This document shows, one piece after another, positions 50,701 through 60,000 of a stretch of DNA of 60,000 bases. This DNA comes from Lytechinus pictus. Lineage: Eukaryota. The stretch's first letter is position 1. Each line of letters begins with the position of its first letter. Made by a program: the position numbers and the translations under genes. A model generated the notes under the pieces. The model was not told the origin of the DNA and did no database searches. It saw nothing but the letters and a program-made list of their open reading frames with translations. The stretch is from positions 25,732,001 through 25,792,000 of the forward strand of contig NC_087251.1 of the NCBI RefSeq assembly GCF_037042905.1. Reading direction: 5' to 3'.

Positions 50701-53700
50701 CAACACCTGGACCCATTATAAATGCTGTGAGACAAGGTAACAATGTAAACTTAACCTGGGGTTTTTCACAAAGAATCAAGTGGAACTTGAGGAGGAGGAG
50801 AAGAAAAAGAAAGAGAAGAAGAGGAGGAGGGAAAAGGGGAGGAGGAGGAGAAGGAGGAAGAAGAAGGAGGACGGGGAGGAGAAGGAGGAAGAGGGAGTGA
50901 GGAAGGAAGAAAAAAAGAAAGAAATAAAAGGGGAGAATAAGATGAGAGATGGCTTGATAATGCATGTGTTTCTAGGTGCTGGTAATACTACTCCAGCTTG
51001 ATAACCCTATCTTATCTCTTCATCAGGTTATGGCAACTTGAACTGTGTATCTCATGTGGTAATAGATGAATCGGACACTATGCTTGATGATAGCTTTATT
51101 CAACAAACCCTCAAGATTTTAAAACGGATTAAGGTAAGTATAAAATGACTTATATTTGATTCATGTATGGAGAATGGGGAAAGGGCAGATATAATACAGT
51201 CTCTTGCTATCATTTGTATTGTTATTAGTTTAGATTTTTTCCATTTGTGAATCTATACCATTCAAATAGTGAATAATCATGAATGCATTGGTACAGAAAG
51301 AGTATCTTTCTGTTTGACGAGCCAAAACTGACTTGAGTAACATTATTGCATTATTCTTTCACCAACTGCATTAATGTCAATCTTGAAATATAGCTCAGAA
51401 AACAGAGTTGTGTGGTCAAAAGGTCAAAGGTCATGTAGAATAACTAACCTTGCTATCAATATTTTGTTGTAAACCATTTGAATTCAAATCTTTTTAGTTC
51501 TTCAGATGACCAGATTCAGATATTGTAGATGTTCCTGAATGTGCACGAGACTTTAGGGGGGGGGGGGGGTCATGAAGTGAGAATCCAAAATTCCACCAGC
51601 CAAAATTAAGCATTGTCATTGCTTTTACATGAAATTGGTTGTTAGTAATTGATTTGTAACCACCCCCTTTCAGATCGGAGAAGGAAAGGCATGTAAAGTA
51701 ACAGCCCCAGGTGAAGCCCAGCTGACGATGGTAGGAGCAACCATGCCGAGGAAAGCTACAAACATCCTTGCTGACATCATCCCGGTGAGTTGATGCCCTT
51801 ACAATGAAACCTGCCTATTAAGACCTCACAAAGTAAATGGGACCCCGTAACATAAAGATTAGTAATTGATTATTGGGCTGATTTTTATAATTGATCTTAC
51901 ACAATAATCAATGTAATCAATCACAGAAATCAGCCCTCACAGTCAATCGCTAAACTTTATGTAGGCTGTGCCCTGGGACTCATTTCGTAAAGAACTTACA
52001 ATTGTGGTAACTTTTGTCATTATGAAAACCCCAATACAAGCCTCGATTTTGATTGGCTGCTGACACCTGTTGCCATGGTAAATACTATAATGGCAAAGTT
52101 ACCGTGATTGTAAATTATTTATGAAACTCACCCTAGTAATGTGGTCTTTAAATGCAGATGGTCTTTATTCACAGGTTCCTGTCATACAGATGGCTTGTTT
52201 ATGTAACAAGTGATATGAGGCATATAACTAAATATTACAGTAACTTTGCTATCAATAACAGCTTCATGGTAAAAAGACTCAACAGTCAATCAAAATGGAG
52301 ATTTCCATGGCAGATAGTATAATGACAAATTTTCTATGATAGTAAGTTTTATGCCAAAAATCATCAATACTGTATTAATGAAGGAACAAAACTGAATTGA
52401 AATGAAAATGAAGTAAAATGAAATGAGAATGAAAATGGAATGAAAATGGAAATATATATCTGTTTGGCTTTTATTTGTTATAGCCTGAGAATATTGAGGT
52501 GATTTCTACCCCTCATCTTCATCGTATAATGCCTCATGTTCATCAAAAGTTTCTTAGGCTACACTCACAGGATAAAGCAGGTACGTCATTGAGTATGAGT
52601 TATGGTTGAAGTTTGATTTCGAGATTTGGTTTGTGTTCAAGTCTTGAGTTTGATATAAATTTTAATTTTGAGCTTAAATTTGTGTTTTGCATTTTTATTT
52701 TTATTTTGAGTCTTTGATTATTCGTTTTGATATTGAGTTTGATATGGAAGTTGAATTTGTGTTGAGTTTACATGTACTTGTATGTTTTTTTTTTTCTTCA
52801 AATTTTGACTTTTGTTTTTGTGTTTGTTTCTTTATAATTCGTAAACTTATTTTGAATTTCAATTATTAATTGAAATTCAGTTTGTATTTGATTTTTATTT
52901 CAGGAGCTTTTTATATTGAAGTTCTGAAGTTTTGCTTCCCTGAAATTATATAGTGTTCATTTATGTTTGACAAAATTTGTTGGATTGTATAGATGAAGAT
53001 TGACAATAAAGTGGTACGAATTCATATATTTTATTGATTTAAGTTTCTTTCTATTTAATTTGATATTAATTTCATAGTTTCTATTGATATGGATTTCTTT
53101 GATACGCATCCTTATAATTAAATTTACAGTTTGGGAAATAAATAGTAGACTATATCGCATGTGAGTAAGTGATCTGATGGTTATTTCCCAAACTGTATGT
53201 TTATTTTATTATGTTTTCTTATATTTACTCTCCATTTCATGATAATTAATATTCTCTTTAAAAATAGAATGTATATTATATTCTTCTATTATCCACCTCC
53301 ATACAGTCAAGATCCTTGAGCTAGTAAAGAGAGAACAGAAGAGTCGTGTTTCTACCATGGTATTCTGTAACACAGCATCGACCTGTGATTGGTTAGCTCA
53401 CTTTCTCACTGAGAATGGCGTTCCAGCTCTTAGATTACATTCTAAAATGGGTGGCAAGGTATGGGTTTCAATTATATTTGACAAAGAGAGAAAGAAAATG
53501 TTATTTTGATGGTTTACAAGCAGAAGGATGTAACTCAATGTGTTGCCATTTTGAAATTTTGGTACCAAATTGATCAGTAAGACCTTAAGATACTGAAACT
53601 TATAAAAAAAAAGTCACTCATTTACTTATCCAACTCTCTGTTGTACTCCAGTTACAACATCTAACTGGAGTACACTTTGTTTAGTAACACAAAGTGATAA

Positions 53701-55804
53701 CTCTGCAATGTTTTGTTTTGTGGAAAATCATTAACATCTCATTTCTCAAACTCACTGTTAGTGAGTTAAGTTCTTCCATTTGCTAACCCGTGATATGATG
53801 TTAATGAAATTTCAAATTTAAGAAAAGGAAGTAGTATAACTTGTACCCAGCAATCTCCTAAATAATAATAATAATAATTGTGGAGCGTTGTGGCCCAGTG
53901 GATTAGTCTTATGACTTTGAAACAGGGGGTTGTGGGTTCGAATCCCAGCCATGGCATAATTTTCTTCAAGAAATTCATCCACATTGTGCTGCACTCAACC
54001 CAGGTGAGGTGAATGGGTACCTAGCAGGAATTTATTCCTTGAAATGCGTGTGCGCTGTAATCTTAGTAATTACGGCTGCCAAGCTACAGCTGGGGTAATA
54101 ATATCCTTTTGATAAAGTCCTTTGGAAGCGCATAGAGACATTATTCATAATGTGATATGCGCTATACAAGAACTGTATATTATTATAATTATCTCCTCAA
54201 TGCCTTCTTATTGGCTAATAGTAATGTTATGTATGCAACAACCTTTTAGTATTCAAGACATTAAATGAAAGTCTGCATGCTTGGGTGATCTCACTCTTTT
54301 TTAAATCCATTTTCTGTTTCATTCTTGAAATTACCCTTTCTGACTTTTCACATTTCCTATGGGATTTGAAGAGTTTTGAAATAACGTTGTAAATCATTTA
54401 GAAGCTAGGAACATCCTCTTTCCATCTCCGTACATAAAAAGTAGTGTCACTTTATAATACACAATCTCCATAGTAACTATTGAAACATAATTATTCCTAG
54501 CTAATTGATGCAAGGAATCCAGAATACTCAATGAAGACATGTATGTCTATTCATAAATCTTATTAAAACTGCGTGTTTGACTATTTGATCCAATTCTTCC
54601 TTATTTCAAAACTCACATGAACAAATACTTTTGTACAAATAAGGACATAAACACCTTTATTTTCAAACAATCAAATCTTAGGAAAATTGTGTACTTTATA
54701 GTACTGCCCTTTTTTATGAAAACATAACTTTTGTGAAAATGAAAACTTCATTCATTTTTCACTGTGTTTAAATCTCTCATCCAGTCTCGTAGTGGAATAA
54801 TGAAGGCCTTCAAAGCAGGTGAAGCTAACATCCTGGTCTGTTCTGATATTGCATCCAGAGGAGTAGATACAGTAGAGGTATGTCATATAAATTCATTTCA
54901 TATCATAAGTCTTAAAGGCAGTGGCGTACCTAGGGAGAGGGGACAATTGGGCATGTTGCCCGGGCAAAAAAAAATTAGGAAAAAAGAATATTAGTCAATC
55001 TAATGAACATCTGAAGAAGCCACTAGTGTCAAAATTTAGAAGGGATGAATTTTCAGCTGTGGTAATGCTCCTTGCTACAGCTGTTCAAAAGGACACAATT
55101 TCAGCGCTTTACACTGTTACTGAAGGTCGACGGGCTACAGTTTTTAGCTGATGTCTAATATACTCTTCACCCAAGACACATCACTGCCCATGGGAACAGA
55201 ATATCTTACAAACAGGGCAGATTGTGAAGTACTGGTAATATATTTTTCATGACCATACCAATTTTCTTCAGTTTCATTCCTTCATAATAAAGGAAGCATG
55301 ATAGCTTATTTGGTAGAATGGTAAGGATGCAAGATTGATTATTTTTTCTGAGCATCATGTGTGCCCCACACAATGACTGACTAGAATATTCCTTAGAAAG
55401 TGATGAATGTACTCACATTCTTTTTGCAGGCAAGACTAATTGAATCCAATAATAGGAATGGTAATCTATAAGCACCTTGATACAATGTTTTAAGCAGTAC
55501 CCTATAAATAACCGGTACTGCTAATCTTCATAAGCCCTCTCTCTCTCTCACCCAATGTGCCATACTAAAACGGTCCTGCACTGTAGACATCCAGATCCAG
55601 AGTCAAAACTGGATTATTGTTTTTATTATCATTGGTTTTGATTTTCCACAGGTGCAGCATGTGGTAAACTTTGATTTCCCTCCGTTCATGTCTGACTACA
55701 TCCATCGAGCAGGGAGGGTAGGGCGTGTCGGCAGCCAAGGGAGCGGTCATGTGACTAACTTTGTGGTACACAAGTGGGATGTTGAGCTGGTCAATAAGAT
55801 TGAG
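47748..55804 (+). CDS. DDX28: Mitochondrial DEAD-box RNA helicase DDX28, 12 coding exons; terminal exon not identified
   Basis: Exons: 47748-47825, 48292-48573, 49036-49176, 49458-49664, 50195-50263, 50655-50736, 51027-51133, 51674-51784, 52484-52580, 53307-53458, 54785-54877, 55652-55804 (524 codons). Motifs: DDX28-type N-terminus ([15 protein letters not shown]), Q motif (PTSIQ), [45 protein letters not shown]. The first exon is the least certain. Confidence 0.94.
50788..50935. repeat. Polypurine (GAG/GAA) tract in a DDX28 intron
   Basis: About 145 nt almost purely A/G; a pyrimidine-rich tract lies at 50330-50510. Confidence 0.75.
51839..52135. repeat. Two adjacent short degenerate palindromic MITEs
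   Basis: ACATAAAG..TAG / CTAAACTTTATGT arms at 51839-51973, and TTACAAT..GGTAACTT / AAGTTACC..ATTGTAA arms at 51975-52133. Confidence 0.45.
53880..54190 (+). mobile_element. tRNA-derived SINE, same family as 6751-7030
   Basis: GTGGAGCGTTGTGGCCCAGTGGATT..GGTTCGAATCCCAGCCATGGC..ACCCAGGTGAGGTGAATGGGTACC..(ATT)n tail. Confidence 0.88.
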
Positions 55805-55962
55805 GTAAGTTATCGGTTACAATCACTGGTAGACCTCCCATGCAGATAATGCACTTTTAAGAGAAATTTTAGTGTAATGGGAAAGTTGGAAACATCTGTG
55901 AGTTTTCAAGATATGTTCTTGTAAGCTAGAAATAAATTATGGTGAAAAGGTCTAGATCTACC

Positions 55963-56830
55963 TAGCCTCTTGTCGAGGCCCTGGTGGCTGCTTCCCGAGC
56001 GAAGCGAGGGATTTCCTAATTCGCCTTGCGAATTAGGCCTGGCGCGAGCCAGGGCCTCTTGACATCTGAGTTGAATAATATATTCATGAGGAATGTCTTC
56101 CTAATGAATGTACATTAGTCATGAATATTACCGATCACCTAGTAAACCATGTCAAAGCTGTTTCGTCCGGGGTTTGGAATACTAGTATTCTACTATTCTG
56201 CAGGGGATTCATTTAATGGCGGGACACTAAAGGGGATATAACCAGCAGAATGCAACAAGTAGTGGTACTACTACTAGTACACCGCCCCGAAACTTCCCGG
56301 GAGATCGGCCTAGTCATACTCGAGTCAAGGGGAAGCACCACTAACTGCACAACTCGACTCCAGCATTCCCTCACTGCACCGCGGAGATCGATAATTGACG
56401 CATAGTGGAATCGCATGAAAGATTACATATTTTCTATATCCTGTGAGTAGATTTACAAAAACATCTCGTCCTTCCAGTGCAGATTTAATTTCATCGACTT
56501 GCAAATCCTTAAATCGGTCAATATTTAGCATTTTAGAGGCATATTCAAATGCTCATTGATATTTCGTCGTCACTCTTCGCCAAGAATCCACGGGTCGCCA
56601 TTCAAGCTGAGCTCACGAATATTCAATATATCGTCATAGCAGCCCGCGCTCTCATTGGATGATTTTCACCGACTAGTTTTTGGTCGGAATATTGGTAAAA
56701 ACAATAAAAAACAAAAGAAAGTTGGTGAAATTCGGCTCAGATGTCAAGAGGCCCTGTCTCGCGGCGCTCTGCTTCGCTATATCCCTCGCTTCGCTCGGGA
56801 AGCAGCCAACAGGGCCTTGACAAGAGGCTA
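55963..56830 (-). mobile_element. Non-autonomous AcademH-type transposon retaining a RecQ-like helicase N-terminal fragment
   Basis: TAGCCTCTTGTC..GACAAGAGGCTA with ~100-bp imperfect TIRs; 9-bp TSD AGATCTACC (55954-55962, 56831-56839). The ORF at 56325-56531 reads FKDLQVDEIKSALEGRDVFVNLLTGYRK (RecQ motif 0 and a decayed Walker A). Confidence 0.85.
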
Positions 56831-57201
56831 AGATCTACCATAAAAGATTGCATTTTAAATGACCATGCATTCAAAATATAACAAAAACCTGAAAATATTT
56901 GTGTGTAGTCTCATACATAAAGTTTTGTGTGTAGTGCATGTGACTGCACTCCTAGCAATACTTTTGTTTGTTGAAAAAGAAGTAAACAATAAATTAGTGA
57001 TGAAAGCTCGATGACCCATTGCCATTGGTTGATCAAGTAACATGCAAATTTACAATATATCAATACAGTAAGCATTCCTTGCATATGATATCATACACCA
57101 TGAATAGATTTTCCGTTCATATTAACCACATGAAATATATTGTAACATCAGGGTCCTGGAACATAAAAAATACCATGAATTGTACAATTAAGTGTAATTA
57201 A

Positions 57202-57731
57202 AGGGGAATCCAGCCTTTGCCATAAAATGTTGTGTTTGGGAAGGAGAAAAATAAATCAAACGGAATTGTGAAAGTTTGAAAGAAATCGGACAAGCAATAA
57301 GAAAGTTATAGCTGCTTTAAATTTGAGATCGCTTAGACTGTAGATTTCAAATTGGCAACTTGGGAAGTAAATTATGACAAGGGGCAAGGACAACTTTCCC
57401 ATAGGCCATGTACTTAATTATCAGGGATTTGTACCCATTCCCCTGGGGCAGTAATCTAAATATAACCTAGGTAGTATATTGTTTTATGTCCTCATGAAAG
57501 AAAAATATGATTTGAAATTAAATTTTTGGGACAAATGACATTTTAGCCATTTTATGTATTGGAGTACATGGAAGAGTAGTCCTTGCCTTACATCACTATG
57601 ACATCACATATGAGGCCAATTTGAAGTCTCCGTGGGTATAATGATTACCAATATTTACAACTTTAAAAATTCATAAATTTCTTATTCTTTGTCCGATATT
57701 GTTCAAGTTTTTATTTGGGTTGGATTCCCCT
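57202..57731. mobile_element. Kolobok-like MITE
   Basis: TTAA TSD on both sides; TIR AGGGGAATCCA / TGGATTCCCCT. Confidence 0.82.
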
Positions 57732-58544
57732 TTAAAGGTCTATTCTGAGCCATGTAAAACAAGTTGCTATCAGTTGTGGATATTGATTGTATATGTCTGT
57801 GTAACAAGGTCCAATGGTATTTCCTTGTTTGTTTTAATAATTTGGTTTGTCATTTATAAATATTGGTCAAATATAAATATTGACAGATCAAGTGATTGTG
57901 AAAGAAGGAGGAAATGAAGATATAGGGGGTGGGGTGTGATGAGGCTTGCAGCTAGCAGTGATATTACAGTAGTCTTTATGATTTTTTCCCCAATGCAATA
58001 CAACTTGTTAATTTTTATGGTATTTCTTTTGGTCTTTCAAAGCATTTATTGGAATTTTAAACTAGGAGAAATGATATGGGAAGTTGGAAGTCTTCATTAA
58101 CCTTTGTTTTAAAGAGTCAGTGGATTTTGTGATTAACCAATTGTCAAATACATGTACATGTAGTCTTTTTTTCTGTATATATATGATACTGGTCTCAACA
58201 CCTCATAAATCACTTTGCACACATACAATGGTTAACTTCACCAAGTTTATTATTTTTTAGTTACAGTATAAAAGAACTAATGCTCTATAAAGATACATAT
58301 GTGTAAATCCACTCTATTGCACTATCATGCTAGATTATAACTTGCGAATACCTTTTAAAGTCATTATTAACCATATATATACTTTTAAAATTTTAATCAT
58401 ACTCTTTGTATACGATTATAGTACTGTTTAATGGTGTGGAAATGTGGATACATATTTTTTTTTTTTATAAATTGATAAAAAGGGACTCCATGTAGTATGA
58501 GCAAATGCCCATCGTGATCTATGTAGAAATTGGAAATGTTTTGA

Positions 58545-58960
58545 CCCCCCCTCAACAAATTTCATCACTACGCCATCGCGCGAAATTTGTTGACCGCCCT
58601 GCTCACTGGCTTTTTACTTTCAAGTCTTGTGCATCTTTTAAGACCAAATTTGCGATGCCCAGGTACGTGGTTCCGAAATTACGCAACATTTTGTTAGTGC
58701 ATGTCAGACCCAAAATTGCTAAAGAATGTGATTCCATGTACAAAGTCAATGCAAATTGTGTTTTTTCAACCAAAAATCATAAATGTATGATTATTTTTAC
58801 TTTTGTTGGTTTAAATTTATTCATTTTATGCTATTTATGATCACAAAAGGGTCCCTGACAAACTTCATCGGAAAAATCAATAAAAAACAAAGGTTTGAAA
58901 ATGCAAAGAAATACATAAGAATTTTAAAAACAATAAAATACATAAGAAATTAATTATATT
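58545..58960 (+). mobile_element. Diverged partial copy of the 118-898 piggyBac-like element
   Basis: Collinear similarity to 155-560 (CCCCCCTCAACA..AGACCAAATTT.CGATGCC..TTACGCAACATTTTG..AGTGCATGTCAGACC..ACAAAGTCAATGCAAATTG..AATACATAAGAAATT). Confidence 0.8.
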
Positions 58961-59137
58961 TTTTATACTCCCGCCTGGCTATCAAGCTCGGTGTCTGTCT
59001 TAGTAGCATCTCACATTTTCATCCACTTGTGCTCTGCTTCATTTTTTTCTTCTGTATATTTAAAAAACCAAAGGCATTCACTTTATTATATAAACAAAAA
59101 AATGAAATATTACCTTCATGAAATAATGTCTTCATTA

Positions 59138-60000
59138 TTATACTCTACAGTATTCATTGTTTATGTTCTCCATTTTATCTTTTGAAAGAAAATGGATCAT
59201 ATTACCATTTTGCGTATATTCTTTCTTTCGAGAGTAAATTTTGATATGCCTGATTTGACAAAATATCAGCACACTGAAGATTATATTCATGATAATCAAA
59301 ATATCAAAAACAATGTGGCTCCACATCTTTGGATACAAATTTTGACAGGCCTCTTTAGGCTCTGTGAAGATAAGATCAGATGTTGGAACAGGAGTTTCAA
59401 TCTCCTGTGTATCAGGATAGATACCGGTATGGTTAGGGGTTGTTGCTGGTGTTAGTGTAGGAGTAGGTGTAGCTTCTGGACATGGCACTTCGATGTCAGC
59501 AAGGGTTTCGTCAAGAACAGGGTCCCATCCACAATCGAAGCACTCACACCTATTAGGAATATACTCAGCCAGGGATGAACAACAGATCACACTGCCTGCA
59601 GTGAGCCCCACCAATATACTCTGGTGTAGGTGCCCTGTTCTCACTGTTGGCATGGTCAAAGGGGGAACTCTGCTTCCATTCTGATAACATACAATCCACC
59701 CAGACAAGGTTCCTGCTGGAGCCATGCATTCTAGCGTTGTCCATTCCTGGTCGATGTACCCTGTAGTGGAGTCACATCGTGCCACTCCAGGAGGATAATC
59801 GACGCGTAACCCAATTCTTGGATATTCAGGTACCATGATACCGTCTTTGTATGCAGTTAAGATGTACGTTCCTTGGTCATCTCTTGAGACGGGATCAATT
59901 GTGAGGCGGATAGAACAGCTATCATTTTTACCTCCATTTTGATTAACAAGGATTTGATTATGAGCCAGAGATGCAACCTCTGGATTGGTCGAAGTGTAAA
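59138..60000 (-). CDS. Ig-like domain type I membrane protein, 5'-truncated by the window edge
   Basis: The frame is open from 59998 to the stop at 59138. It encodes ..CSIRLTIDPVSRDDQGTYILTA (Ig E/F-strand motif), a Cys-rich second domain, a Pro/Thr stalk (PEATPTPTLTPATTP), a hydrophobic TM (IVFDILIIMNIIFSVLIFC) and a short cytoplasmic tail. Confidence 0.7.
   Translation of the reverse strand, partial: YTSTNPEVASLAHNQILVNQNGGKNDSCSIRLTIDPVSRDDQGTYILTAYKDGIMVPEYPRIGLRVDYPPGVARCDSTTGYIDQEWTTLECMAPAGTLSGWIVCYQNGSRVPPLTMPTVRTGHLHQSILVGLTAGSVICCSSLAEYIPNRCECFDCGWDPVLDETLADIEVPCPEATPTPTLTPATTPNHTGIYPDTQEIETPVPTSDLIFTEPKEACQNLYPKMWSHIVFDILIIMNIIFSVLIFCQIRHIKIYSRKKEYTQNGNMIHFLSKDKMENINNEYCRV

Noticed and set aside
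53880..53955. tRNA gene
   Set aside because: The tRNA-like head runs into a SINE body and tail, and is shared with the copy at 6751-7030.
57887..57940. Terminal DDX28 exon after the acceptor-like TTGACAG
   Set aside because: In the required phase it gives only IK-stop, with no resemblance to DDX28 C-termini.

Overview
AT-rich, intron-rich animal genomic DNA, most likely an echinoid (sea urchin); this is inferred from the SINE/HINE repeat types and the deuterostome-like proteins. Exons were reconstructed by hand from splice signals and reading frame. (1) SETD3, actin-histidine N-methyltransferase, minus strand: 12 coding exons 19608->1066, running off the left edge, with one U12-type (minor spliceosome) intron. 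(2) A complete 108-aa COX7A2L/SCAF1-like gene, minus strand, 3 exons. (3) Mitochondrial DEAD-box helicase DDX28, plus strand: 12 coding exons 47748->55804, last exon not found. (4) The 3' part of an Ig-like type I membrane protein ORF, minus strand, at the right edge. Introns and intergenic DNA are packed with, often nested, transposons, many with readable TIRs and TSDs: piggyBac-like, TA-TSD, Sola-like, Kolobok-like, PIF/Harbinger, 5-bp-TSD, AcademH-type (one retains a RecQ-helicase fragment), a Helentron-type HINE, a dead Merlin transposase, a deleted CR1/L2 LINE and tRNA-SINEs. The most striking observation is a ~190-bp SINE with a 7SL (Alu-domain)-like head joined to a B box, a Deu/Nin-like core and a (CA)n tail, i.e. 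an Alu-like SINE in an invertebrate. No database searches were run; family names rest on recalled consensus features.
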